61,453 nucleotides of DNA, taken from contig JAGLJF010000027.1 in the NCBI GenBank assembly GCA_023142595.1, positions 1 through 61,453 of the forward strand. Reading direction: 5' to 3'. This stretch comes from Minisyncoccota bacterium (GTDB lineage: Bacteria; Patescibacteriota; Minisyncoccia; JAHIHE01; JAGLIN01). This document shows positions 41,482 to 50,070 of this stretch, piece by piece (position 1 is the stretch's first letter; every line of letters starts with the position of its first letter). The position numbers were made by a program, and so were the translations under genes. Under the pieces are notes generated by a model. That model was not told where the DNA came from. It worked only from the letters and a program-made list of their open reading frames with translations, and did not search any database.

Positions 41482-41535
41482 TATAAGTCCCTTTTCTTTT
41501 TTTTCAAAAATTTCAAAATATGTTACAATAAAATT

Positions 41536-43281
41536 ATGATAAATAAAGAAATTAAAGAAATTTTAGATAAAATAGTAGGGGATTTGTATCAAGATATAAA
41601 AATCCCTGATTTTGTTGTGGAGTGGCCGAAGCAGAAGGATTTTGGGGATTATGCTTTAAATGTCGCTATGGTTTTGGCAAAAGAATTGAAAAAATCTCCG
41701 ATGGAGATTGCAAGGGAAATTATGGAAAAAATCAAAGCGGAAAAAGGAAGTGAGGATTTATTCAAAAATATTACTATCGCAAATCCGGGATTTATTAATT
41801 TTGAAATTTCCGATAAATATCTCACGGAAAATTTGAATCGGATTTTGAAAAGAAAATGTAAGTCTGGTTCGTCCGAGATGGGAAAAGGAAAAACTGTGGT
41901 GATTGATTATTCTGCTCCGAATATTGCCAAGCCAATGCATGTTGGACATTTGCGTTCGACGATTATTGGTCAGTCGCTTTATAATATTTATAGTTTTTTG
42001 GGATATAAAGTAATCGGAGACAATCATATTGGTGATTGGGGAACTCAGTTTGGAAAACTCATTTATGCATATAAAAATTGGGGAGATAAGAAAAAAATTA
42101 GCAAAAGTCCGATTGAAGAAATGACAAAGCTTTATGTTAGATTTCATAAAGAATCCGAGGTGAATGAAAATCTTGAGGAATTAGCAAGAAAAGAAACAAA
42201 AAGACTTCAGGATAAAAATGCGGAAAATATAAAACTTTGGAAATTCTTAGTAAAAGAGAGTTTGAAGGATTATAATAAAATCTATAAAACTTTGAATGTT
42301 AAATTCGATTTGGTTCTTGGTGAGAGTTCATATGATGATATGCTTTCCGGAATTGTGAATAATGGCTTGGAAAAAAAGATTGCCAGCAAGAGCGAAGGAG
42401 CGATTGTGATAAATTTGGATAAATATAATTTGTCGCCCTTTTTGATTCAAAAAACTGATGGCGCATTTTTGTATACAACAACTGATATTGCGACTGCGAA
42501 ATATCGAGAGGAGAAGTTGAAAGCCGACAAGGTTCTTTATGTCGTTGCCAATGAACAAGCGCTTCATTTTCAGAAATTATTTGCTTCGTCTGAATTGTTG
42601 GGAATATGTGAAAATGTCGAAATAGATCATATTAAATTTGGAATGGTTTTGGGAGAAAGCGGTAAAAAGTTTTCAACGCGAAAAGGGGATACTGTGAGGC
42701 TGAACGATTTGATTCGCAGGGCAATTGAATTTGCGGGGAAGGCAGTGGAAGAAAAAAATCCAAAATTAAGCAGAAGTGAAAAAAAGAAAATTGCCAAAAC
42801 TGTTGGAATTGGCGCGATAAAATATAATGATTTATCTCAAAACAGATTAACTGACATTACTTTTGATTGGGACAAGATGCTTTCTTTTGAAGGAAACAGC
42901 GCTCCGTATTTACAATATACATATGCAAGAATCAATTCCTTGATCGGAAAGTTCAAAAATCTTTATAAACTAGATCGAATTAATCCTTTTGAAAAAACTA
43001 ATTTTGATTTATTGAAAGAAAAAGAGGAAATAAGTTTGATGCGTCATTTAATTAAATTTCCAGAAGCAATTGAAAATTCAGCCAGAGAAAATGGTCCGCA
43101 TCTTGTCGCGCTTTATATTTATGAGCTTGCTTCACTTTATAATAGCTATTATAATTCTGTTCAAATTGTCAGCGATGAAAAACAAATCACCAAAGCAAGA
43201 GTCACTCTTTCAAAATCAGTTTCAATAACAATTAGGAATGGATTGAGTTTGTTGGGGATTGATGTTTTGGATAGAATGTAG
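41536..43281 (+). CDS. argS: Arginine--tRNA ligase
   Basis: 581 aa with 'SAPNIAKPMHVGHLRS' (HIGH) and a 'KFSTRKG' KMSK-like motif. It ends in the class-I DALR anticodon-binding domain. Confidence 0.93.
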   Translation: MINKEIKEILDKIVGDLYQDIKIPDFVVEWPKQKDFGDYALNVAMVLAKELKKSPMEIAREIMEKIKAEKGSEDLFKNITIANPGFINFEISDKYLTENLNRILKRKCKSGSSEMGKGKTVVIDYSAPNIAKPMHVGHLRSTIIGQSLYNIYSFLGYKVIGDNHIGDWGTQFGKLIYAYKNWGDKKKISKSPIEEMTKLYVRFHKESEVNENLEELARKETKRLQDKNAENIKLWKFLVKESLKDYNKIYKTLNVKFDLVLGESSYDDMLSGIVNNGLEKKIASKSEGAIVINLDKYNLSPFLIQKTDGAFLYTTTDIATAKYREEKLKADKVLYVVANEQALHFQKLFASSELLGICENVEIDHIKFGMVLGESGKKFSTRKGDTVRLNDLIRRAIEFAGKAVEEKNPKLSRSEKKKIAKTVGIGAIKYNDLSQNRLTDITFDWDKMLSFEGNSAPYLQYTYARINSLIGKFKNLYKLDRINPFEKTNFDLLKEKEEISLMRHLIKFPEAIENSARENGPHLVALYIYELASLYNSYYNSVQIVSDEKQITKARVTLSKSVSITIRNGLSLLGIDVLDRM

Positions 43282-43334
43282 AACTGTGGATAACTTTTCT
43301 TGACGATATATTTGAATTGATTTATATTATTACT

Positions 43335-43561
43335 GTCGAGAGGGTATTCTTTTAAAGCAACCCCCACTCCCCACCTCTCGGCGTTCTAATGATGCTTATA
43401 AAAAAACGAAAAACAAAAAAACGAAAAACGAAAAAGAATGTGAAGTCAGTGGTAGGACATTTTGACTGTAGATGTCCCCTCCAGTCCAACAAATGGATTA
43501 AACTGCTGACTTTACATCACATTACTTATATTATTGAATCTAGCTGTAGGCTGGTTTTTTT
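43335..43561 (+). ncRNA. Candidate structured small RNA 1 (unclassified)
   Basis: Promoter TTGACG (43300-43305), 17 nt, TATATT. A 9-bp hairpin (43335-43343 / 43374-43382) has a 30-nt C-rich loop. An A-rich tract spans 43400-43436. A 15-bp stem (43438-43452 / 43503-43517) encloses two small hairpins. The terminator is CTAGC/GCTGG plus T7 (43540-43561). Confidence 0.4.
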
Positions 43562-43635
43562 GTGTTCAGATAAGGAAAAATAGAATTTAAGTTTCGTATA
43601 TTGACAAATTTTGAATTTTCTGTTAGTTTTTAGTT

Positions 43636-43815
43636 GCTGGGCAAGTAGTAGTATGAGCTATATTTGACCTAGTGTAGCTAAGGTGGTCCCCTCAGATGTG
43701 GCATTGTTACATCGCTATTCGCAATTTATATATTGTGAAAGGGCACCTTTGCTAGCGGTCAGCAGAACATACTTCTAATCCCTCTGAAGAAGCAGAAAGA
43801 ATGTTCTGTCTGACC
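43636..43815 (+). ncRNA. Candidate structured RNA 2 (unclassified): multi-helix domain plus a long terminal hairpin
   Basis: Promoter TTGACA (43601-43606), 17 nt, TAGTTT. The hand-fold has nested helices P1-P3 with a three-way junction, followed by a 14-bp hairpin (43757-43770 / 43801-43815). Confidence 0.4.
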
Positions 43816-44105
43816 CATTATTATTTATGCTTTTAAATTGTATAAAAATAGACCAAAATAAATTTATATAAGTTTTATAATAATTATTAGTTATATTATA
43901 AAGAATATATAATTTGATTATTTAATCTATTCTGTTATAATGTTAATTATAGAATAATATTAAGTCAAAGCAGTGTTTTATTTCAAAAATAACAATGATA
44001 ATAATCAATAGGGCTTTATTCTTATTTAATAAGTTTGTTTTTACTTGTTAGATAGGAATAAGGCTTTTCTTACATATATTTGAAAATTAATTTAATATAA
44101 AATTT

Positions 44106-45902
44106 ATGCAAAAATATCGAACTCATACTTGTGGAGAGCTTTCAAAAAAAGAAGAAGGAAAAGAGATAATTTTATCTGGATGGGTAAATTCCAGAAGAGA
44201 CCATGGAGGATTAATATTTATTGACCTGCGTGATCGTTATGGGATAACACAAATCACTTTTGATCCAAAAGTTTCAAAAGATCCTTGGGAATTGGCAGAT
44301 AAAGTTCGAAGTGAGTATGTTATTAAAGTTAGCGGAAAAGTAATTTCAAGGCCTGATGATATGATTAATTCAAAATTGGCAACTGGGGAAATTGAAGTTG
44401 AGGCAGAAAAAATTGAAGTTTTGTCTGAATCGGAAACTCCACCTTTTGAGATTAATGACGAAAAAGGGCAAGAAGCAAATGAATTGATTCGGTTGGAATA
44501 TCGATTTCTTGATCTTCGAAGAAAAAAGTTTCAGGAAATGCTCAAGATTAAAGATCAAATTTTTCAACATGTGAGAAGTTATTTTCAAACAAGAGATTTT
44601 AGAGAAGTCCAAACACCAATCCTTGCCAATTCTTCTCCTGAAGGTGCTCGAGATTTCCTGATTCCATCAAGATTAAATCCTGGAAAATTTTATGCTCTTC
44701 CTCAAGCTCCTCAGCAATTCAAGCAATTACTGATGATTGGGGGAGTTGATAAATATTTTCAAATTGCGCCTTGTTTTCGAGATGAGGATCCAAGAATGGA
44801 TCGGGCATATGGAGAATTTTATCAGATTGATATGGAGATGAGTTTTGTTGAGCAGGAAGATATATTTGAAATTATGGAACCGTTATTTGTTGAATTGACT
44901 GAAAAATTTTCAAAGAAAAAACTTGTTGCACTTGAAAAAGATGGAAGTTTTCAAAAATTACCGTGGAGGGAATCGATGGAAAAATATGGTTCAGATAAAC
45001 CTGACTTGAGATTTGATTTGGAAATCAAACCAATTTCAAATTTAGTAAAAGAATGTGGGTTTAGTGTGTTTGCGGATGTTGTCGGAAAGGGCGGAGTAGT
45101 TCATGCTTTGAAAATTGAAGGTGGTGCAAAATTTTCTCGAAAAGAAATTGATGAGTTGACAGAAACTGCCAAAGAAAAAGGAGCAAAGGGATTGGCATAT
45201 ATTATCGTCAAAGATGATGGAGAATTTCAATCTCCGATTGTAAAATTTCTTGGAGAAAAATTAACAAAGAAAATTGCAAGCGAAGTTGAAGCAAACTCTG
45301 GCGATATAATATTTTTTGGAGCAGATTCTTGGAAAACAGTTTGTTGGGCATTAGGAGCTGTGCGAAATGAATGTGGCTCAAAGCTTGGGTTGAAAGATAA
45401 TTCAAAAGCTGCTTGGTGTTGGATTGTCGATTTCCCAATGTTTGCTTATTCTGATATTGAAGAAGGTCGGATTGATTTTGAACATAATCCATTTTCAATG
45501 CCAAGAGGTGGAATTGAAGAGCTTGAATCGAAGGATCCACTTGAGATTATAAACAATCAATTTGATGTATCTTTGAACGGATTTGAAGTTTTAAGCGGAG
45601 GAATTAGAAACCATAAACCAGATGTGATGTATAAGGCATTTGAAATTGCAGGATATACAAAGAAAGAAGTGAATGAAAAATTTGGCGGAATGATTAAAGC
45701 TTTGAAATTCGGTGCTCCTCCTCATGGTGGCTGTGCTCCAGGAGTTGATCGAATTATCATGACTCTTTGTGACTACGATTCAATCCGCGATATTTATGCC
45801 TTTCCAAAAGATGGCAAAGGCAAGGATTTAATGATGGACAGTCCAAGTTCAGTTAAAGATGGTCAGTTGAAGGAATTACACATAAAGCGAAGTAAGATAT
45901 AA
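44106..45902 (+). CDS. aspS: Aspartate--tRNA ligase
   Basis: 598 aa with an OB-fold N-terminus ('GWV...R.HGGLIFIDLRD..G'), class II motifs ('FRDED.R.DR..EF.Q.D.E', 'GG.R') and a GAD insertion. Confidence 0.95.
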   Translation: MQKYRTHTCGELSKKEEGKEIILSGWVNSRRDHGGLIFIDLRDRYGITQITFDPKVSKDPWELADKVRSEYVIKVSGKVISRPDDMINSKLATGEIEVEAEKIEVLSESETPPFEINDEKGQEANELIRLEYRFLDLRRKKFQEMLKIKDQIFQHVRSYFQTRDFREVQTPILANSSPEGARDFLIPSRLNPGKFYALPQAPQQFKQLLMIGGVDKYFQIAPCFRDEDPRMDRAYGEFYQIDMEMSFVEQEDIFEIMEPLFVELTEKFSKKKLVALEKDGSFQKLPWRESMEKYGSDKPDLRFDLEIKPISNLVKECGFSVFADVVGKGGVVHALKIEGGAKFSRKEIDELTETAKEKGAKGLAYIIVKDDGEFQSPIVKFLGEKLTKKIASEVEANSGDIIFFGADSWKTVCWALGAVRNECGSKLGLKDNSKAAWCWIVDFPMFAYSDIEEGRIDFEHNPFSMPRGGIEELESKDPLEIINNQFDVSLNGFEVLSGGIRNHKPDVMYKAFEIAGYTKKEVNEKFGGMIKALKFGAPPHGGCAPGVDRIIMTLCDYDSIRDIYAFPKDGKGKDLMMDSPSSVKDGQLKELHIKRSKI

Positions 45903-45907
45903 AAAAT

Positions 45908-45931
45908 GCGGGCTGATTGGCCCGCTTTTTT
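45908..45931 (+). terminator. Intrinsic terminator after aspS
   Basis: GCGGGC tgattg GCCCGC followed by T6. Confidence 0.85.
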
Positions 45932-46012
45932 GTAGATAGTTGGTTTAACTTTAATCTTTTAGAAGTTCACCGACGAAATCAGCTCAATTTAAAATATACA
46001 GAAAACATAAAT

Positions 46013-46121
46013 TGTCATTCTGAATTCATTTCAGAATCTATTATCTGTTACCATTAATTTTATGATTTGTAGGTAAATAAAAATCTACACTTTAAAAGAT
46101 TCTGAATCAAGTTCAGAATGA
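46013..46121. repeat. Paired palindromic repeat units (109-bp MITE-like segment)
   Basis: GTCATTCTGAAttcaTTTCAGAATC (46013-46037) and GATTCTGAAtcaagTTCAGAATGAC (46097-46121). Confidence 0.75.
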
Positions 46122-46287
46122 CAATTTCTATACATTTTTATTATCTACATTGGTAGAATAAAAGGACGTCGTTTAGTTGGCAATACCACCGACAGGGTTG
46201 GTGGTCGTTGTAAGAGTCTTGATTATTTTTTAGGGCTGTGATAGATTGTATATAAATTGACAAAGTTTACGGGAGGTGAGAGAAATA

Positions 46288-46383
46288 ATGTCAAGACGAT
46301 CTAAAATTACCGACAGAACTACAGATCTCCTGCAGAATGCAGGAGGACCAGGTTTTTGTGCAATATTTGCGATAGCAGGCTAA
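46288..46383 (+). CDS. Candidate 31-codon small ORF (MSRRSKITDRTTDLLQNAGGPGFCAIFAIAG). It may instead be a structured RNA.
   Basis: Not in the supplied ORF track because it is under 60 aa. The GGGAGGTGA Shine-Dalgarno (46271-46279) lies 8 nt before the ATG. An extended -10-like TGTATATAA lies upstream and a terminator downstream. Confidence 0.35.
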   Translation: MSRRSKITDRTTDLLQNAGGPGFCAIFAIAG

Positions 46384-46403
46384 CAGTGCCTAGTCATTGC
46401 AAG

Positions 46404-46438
46404 GGGGGGCGATATTAGATCGTTCCCCTACTTTTTTT
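46404..46438 (+). terminator. Intrinsic terminator
   Basis: GGGGGGCGAT / ATCGTTCCCC 10-bp stem (two G-U pairs), loop ATTAG, T7 run. Confidence 0.75.
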
Positions 46439-46488
46439 ATTATTTTTATATGATATAATGAAAATGTAATTATAACCAATGAAAATCG

Positions 46489-47028
46489 ATGGAAAATTGT
46501 AATATCGAAGTTGAAGTGAGGAGTTTTGTGACGGATGATCAGTATAAAAATTTGTTATCCAGATTGAATGTTAATGCGGAATTAATCAAAGAAACAAATG
46601 AAGAAACGATATATTTTTCGGGAGACAAGGATTTGAGATTGCGAAAAGATGAGAATAGTGCTTGTATTATACTCAAAAAAGGAGAATTACATGATAATCA
46701 TCGAGAAGAATTTGAAATCAGGATTAATATTGAAGATTTTGAAAATACACAAAAACTTTTTGAATCTCTTGGATATGAAATTGAGATTAAATGGTTGAGA
46801 AAAAGATTGGAATTCAAACAAGATGATGTTAAAATCCTATTAGATAATACAAAAGGATATGGAAAAATTATCGAGATTGAAAAAATGGTTTCGCTTGGAG
46901 AAGAAGATGAGACTTATACAAAACTTACAAAAAGGCTGAGTAAGTTAGTAGATAAAATTAGCACAAAGAAAGAATTTGATTATGCGTTCGAATATTATAA
47001 AAAAAATTGGAAAACTTTAATAAAATAA
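46489..47028 (+). CDS. CYTH-domain protein (CyaB-type class IV adenylate cyclase / triphosphatase family)
   Basis: 179 aa with the 'EVEVR' ExExK-type start motif and alternating charged beta-strand pattern of CYTH. Confidence 0.65.
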   Translation: MENCNIEVEVRSFVTDDQYKNLLSRLNVNAELIKETNEETIYFSGDKDLRLRKDENSACIILKKGELHDNHREEFEIRINIEDFENTQKLFESLGYEIEIKWLRKRLEFKQDDVKILLDNTKGYGKIIEIEKMVSLGEEDETYTKLTKRLSKLVDKISTKKEFDYAFEYYKKNWKTLIK

Positions 47029-47039
47029 TTTTTTAAGAT

Positions 47040-48515
47040 ATGAAATACGAAGCAGTAATTGGAATGGAGGTTCATGTTGAGCTTAAGACAGAATCAAAAA
47101 TGTTTTGTACTTGTGCAAATAATCCTGATGAGACTAAACCGAACAAGAATGTTTGTCCGATTTGTATGGGGCATCCAGGAACATTGCCAGTAGCAAATAA
47201 AAAAGCAATTGAATATGTTATCAAAACTGGTTTAGCAATGGAATGTGAAATTGCAGAATTTTCAAAGTTTGATCGAAAAAATTATTTTTATCCAGACTTG
47301 CCAAAGGGCTATCAAATTTCGCAATACGACAAACCACTTTGCGAAAATGGAAATGTTATGATTAATGATAAGAAAATTGGTATAACCAGAATTCATATGG
47401 AAGAAGACACTGGAAAACTTCTTCATCCAAAGGGAGCAGATTATTCTTTGGTTGATTTGAATCGCGCTGGAACACCCTTAATGGAATTGGTAACAGAACC
47501 AGAGATTACATCGTCGACTGAAGCAAAAGAATTTTGTAAACAATTTCAGCTTATTGTAAGGTATATTGGTGTTTCAGATGCTGATATGGAAAAGGGTCAT
47601 ATGAGATGTGAAGTTAATATTAGTTTGAAGCCGGAAGGACAAAAGGAGTTTGGAACAAAAGTTGAAATTAAAAATTTAAATTCATTTAGAGCGGTCGAAA
47701 GGTCAATTGAATATGAAATCAAAAGACAGTCCGAAGTTTTGGATGATGGAGGAAAAATTTTGCAAGAAACAAGAGGATGGAATGCAGACAAACAAGAGAC
47801 ATATTCTCAGAGAAAAAAAGAAGAAGCGCATGATTATCGATATTTTCCAGAACCTGATTTGCCACCGCTTGATCTTTCAAAAGAAGCAGGAGTTTTTGAT
47901 GTTGAAAAAATAAAAGAAAGTATTCCAGAATTGCCACTTATGAAAAAATATAGATTTATAAATCAATATAAGTTAACTGAAGAAAATGCAAAAATATTTT
48001 CTGAGGACAAGGAATTGGCGAATTACTTTGAAGATATTATTTCAGAATTGAGGACTTGGGTTGATGCAAAGGGGATTGATGGGGATTTAATTGATAAATT
48101 AACAAAATTAACTGCTAATTATATTTTAACCGAACTTCAAAGATTGCTTTATGTTGAAAATCATTCGGTTCATTGTTGCAAAATTACAGCAGAAAATTTT
48201 GCAGAGTTTATTACAATGATTCAAGAAGGAAAAATTTCAAGTAGTGGCGCTCAAACAATGCTTGGGGAAATGTATAAAACAGGAGGGGATCCATCAAATA
48301 TTCTTGAAGAAAAGAGTTTGGCTCAAATGAGTGATGAAGGTGAGATTGAAAAGATTGTCGAAGAGGTGATTGAAGCTAATTCAAAATCTGTTGAAGATTA
48401 TAAAGCCGGCAAAGAAAATGCTATCAAGTTTTTAATCGGTCAAACAATGAAACAAAGTAAAGGAAAGGCAAATCCACAAATGGCAGAAGAAATTTTAAAG
48501 AAGAAATTGAAATAA
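47040..48515 (+). CDS. gatB: Asp-tRNA(Asn)/Glu-tRNA(Gln) amidotransferase subunit B
   Basis: 491 aa with 'E.VIG.E.H..L.T.SKMFC', 'CPIC.G.PG.LP', 'R.HMEED.GK' and the C-terminal YqeY-like 'GQ.MK...GKANP'. Confidence 0.95.
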   Translation: MKYEAVIGMEVHVELKTESKMFCTCANNPDETKPNKNVCPICMGHPGTLPVANKKAIEYVIKTGLAMECEIAEFSKFDRKNYFYPDLPKGYQISQYDKPLCENGNVMINDKKIGITRIHMEEDTGKLLHPKGADYSLVDLNRAGTPLMELVTEPEITSSTEAKEFCKQFQLIVRYIGVSDADMEKGHMRCEVNISLKPEGQKEFGTKVEIKNLNSFRAVERSIEYEIKRQSEVLDDGGKILQETRGWNADKQETYSQRKKEEAHDYRYFPEPDLPPLDLSKEAGVFDVEKIKESIPELPLMKKYRFINQYKLTEENAKIFSEDKELANYFEDIISELRTWVDAKGIDGDLIDKLTKLTANYILTELQRLLYVENHSVHCCKITAENFAEFITMIQEGKISSSGAQTMLGEMYKTGGDPSNILEEKSLAQMSDEGEIEKIVEEVIEANSKSVEDYKAGKENAIKFLIGQTMKQSKGKANPQMAEEILKKKLK

Positions 48516-48533
48516 ATTTGTTAAATAAAAAAT

Positions 48534-48740
48534 ATGAAAAAAGAAAATTTAGGCGCATCTCTTAAAAAACTTGAAAGTATTGTTGGGTGGTTTGAATCTC
48601 AAGAAGAGGTTGATATTGAAAAAGGACTTGAGAAAGTGAAAGAGGGCGTGAAGCTTATCAAAGCAAGTAAGGAACAATTGAAAGAAGTTGAGAATGAATT
48701 TGAGGAAATTAAGAAGGAGTTAAAGGATGAGAATAACTGA
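48534..48740 (+). CDS. xseB: Exodeoxyribonuclease VII small subunit
   Basis: 68 aa. The 'L..LE.IV..FE..E..IE.GLE....G..L' helical-hairpin pattern is typical of XseB. Confidence 0.65.
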   Translation: MKKENLGASLKKLESIVGWFESQEEVDIEKGLEKVKEGVKLIKASKEQLKEVENEFEEIKKELKDENN

Positions 48741-48867
48741 TAGATTTTGAATTATATAATTTATATTGAATTTTAGGTGTCTTTAAAAATAATAATTTCT
48801 AAGTTGTTCTGACATTTTTTTATTTCAAAATTAGTGTATAATAAAGATATATTCAATAGTATATTCT

Positions 48868-50052
48868 ATGTCTAAAAAAATTCGAAAATTTCCAAAAGAT
48901 TTTTTGTGGGGGGCGGCAGTTTCTTCATATCAGGTTGAGGGTGGGATTGAAAATTGCGATTGGTCAGAAAAATTTCCAGCTGGCAAGGCTTGTGATTATT
49001 ATAATCAATATGAAAAATATTTTGATTTAGCGAAGGAGTTAAATCATGGTGTTCATCGATTTTCTTTGGAATGGTCCCGAATTCAACCTAGCGAGGGAAA
49101 ATTTGATAGAAAAGAAATTGAGCACTATCGCAGAGTTTTGCAAGCACTCAAAAAAAGAAATATAAAATCGATGGTGACAATTTGGCATTTCACATTGCCG
49201 ACTTGGCTTTCTGAAAAAGGTGGATTGCACAATATAAAATTTCCTGAATATTTTGAAAGTTTTGCAAAATTTGTGACGGAAGAACTTGATGATCTTGTAG
49301 ATTTTTGGGTAACGCTTAATGAGCCGATGGTATATCTTTCTCTTGCTTATCTTGAAGGTAGATTTTCACCACAAAAAAAGAAATCGTTTTATACTCCTTT
49401 AGTTTTTGTAAATTTTGTGAGAGCTCATAAAAAAGCGTTTAATATAATAAAAGATATTAATCCTAATGCGAATGTTGGTACCGCTCAAAATTATTGCTAT
49501 TCAGATGCGTATAATAAAAAGTCTTTTTTGAATAAAGGTTTAGTGAAAATTGCAGATTTCGTAACAAATCATAGTTTTTCAAAATTTATAAACAAGTATT
49601 CTGATTTTATTGGAGTTAACTATTATTTCCATAATAGAATTAGACTCACACCTTTTTCTTCTCCTTTCGCTAAAATAGACAATGAAAACAAAAAAGTTTC
49701 AGATATGAATTGGGAAATTTTTCCAAAAGGATTATATTTTGTTTTGAAGGATATGAAAAAATATAATAAGCCGATTTATATTACGGAGAATGGAATTGCT
49801 GATGCCAAGGACGAGAAGAGATCTGAATTTATCAAAGAGCATCTAAAGTGGATGCACAAAGCAATTGAAGATGGGGTGGATGTAAGAGGTTATATGTATT
49901 GGTCTTTGATTGATAATTTTGAATGGGATAGCGGTTTTGCAAAAAGATTTGGACTTGTTGAAATTGATTATCAAAATGGATTAGAGACGAAAATTCGTCA
50001 GAGCGCATATGATTATGCAGAAATTTGTAAAAAAAATGAATTGGTAGTATGA
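48868..50052 (+). CDS. Glycoside hydrolase family 1 (beta-glucosidase-like)
   Basis: 394 aa with 'FP..FLWG.A.S.YQ.EG', acid/base 'TLNEP' and nucleophile 'YITENG'. Confidence 0.88.
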   Translation: MSKKIRKFPKDFLWGAAVSSYQVEGGIENCDWSEKFPAGKACDYYNQYEKYFDLAKELNHGVHRFSLEWSRIQPSEGKFDRKEIEHYRRVLQALKKRNIKSMVTIWHFTLPTWLSEKGGLHNIKFPEYFESFAKFVTEELDDLVDFWVTLNEPMVYLSLAYLEGRFSPQKKKSFYTPLVFVNFVRAHKKAFNIIKDINPNANVGTAQNYCYSDAYNKKSFLNKGLVKIADFVTNHSFSKFINKYSDFIGVNYYFHNRIRLTPFSSPFAKIDNENKKVSDMNWEIFPKGLYFVLKDMKKYNKPIYITENGIADAKDEKRSEFIKEHLKWMHKAIEDGVDVRGYMYWSLIDNFEWDSGFAKRFGLVEIDYQNGLETKIRQSAYDYAEICKKNELVV

Positions 50053-50070
50053 ATTTAATTGGCATTTTTT

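Noticed and set aside
43285-43293. A perfect DnaA box (TGTGGATAA, complement of TTATCCACA) next to a 260-bp extremely AT-rich tract, which could indicate oriC.
   Set aside because: It is a single box with no cluster of related 9-mers nearby and no dnaA, dnaN or gidA context. One chance occurrence in 61 kb is unremarkable.
43389-43583. A 64-aa ORF (MMLIKKRKTKKRKTKK...) in the argS-aspS gap.
   Set aside because: The Lys/Arg-rich start is simply a translation of the A-rich tract. There is no Shine-Dalgarno sequence, and the ORF runs straight through the strongly paired helices of RNA candidate 1.
43636-43815. T-box riboswitch for aspS. An Asp codon GAC sits in the 14-nt loop of hairpin P2 (43666-43668), a GGUGGUC resembles the T-box GGUGGNACC, and a terminator-like hairpin lies upstream of an aaRS gene.
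   Set aside because: The hairpin lacks the Stem I hallmarks: a K-turn/GA motif, a purine after the codon, and distal AG-bulge loops. Only about 8 of 12 T-box core positions match. The putative antiterminator 3' strand does not overlap the terminator 5' strand. About 290 nt and a separate perfect extended -10 promoter lie between it and aspS. It is not fully excluded, and an Rfam T-box scan would settle it.
46262-46400. SRP (4.5S) RNA, because of ACCAGG and AGCAGG strings in a GC-rich structured region.
   Set aside because: I could not form helix 8. There is no GNRA tetraloop and no symmetric AGG/AGCA loop, and the 3' GGC does not pair with the 5' GG the way GCC does in the consensus.
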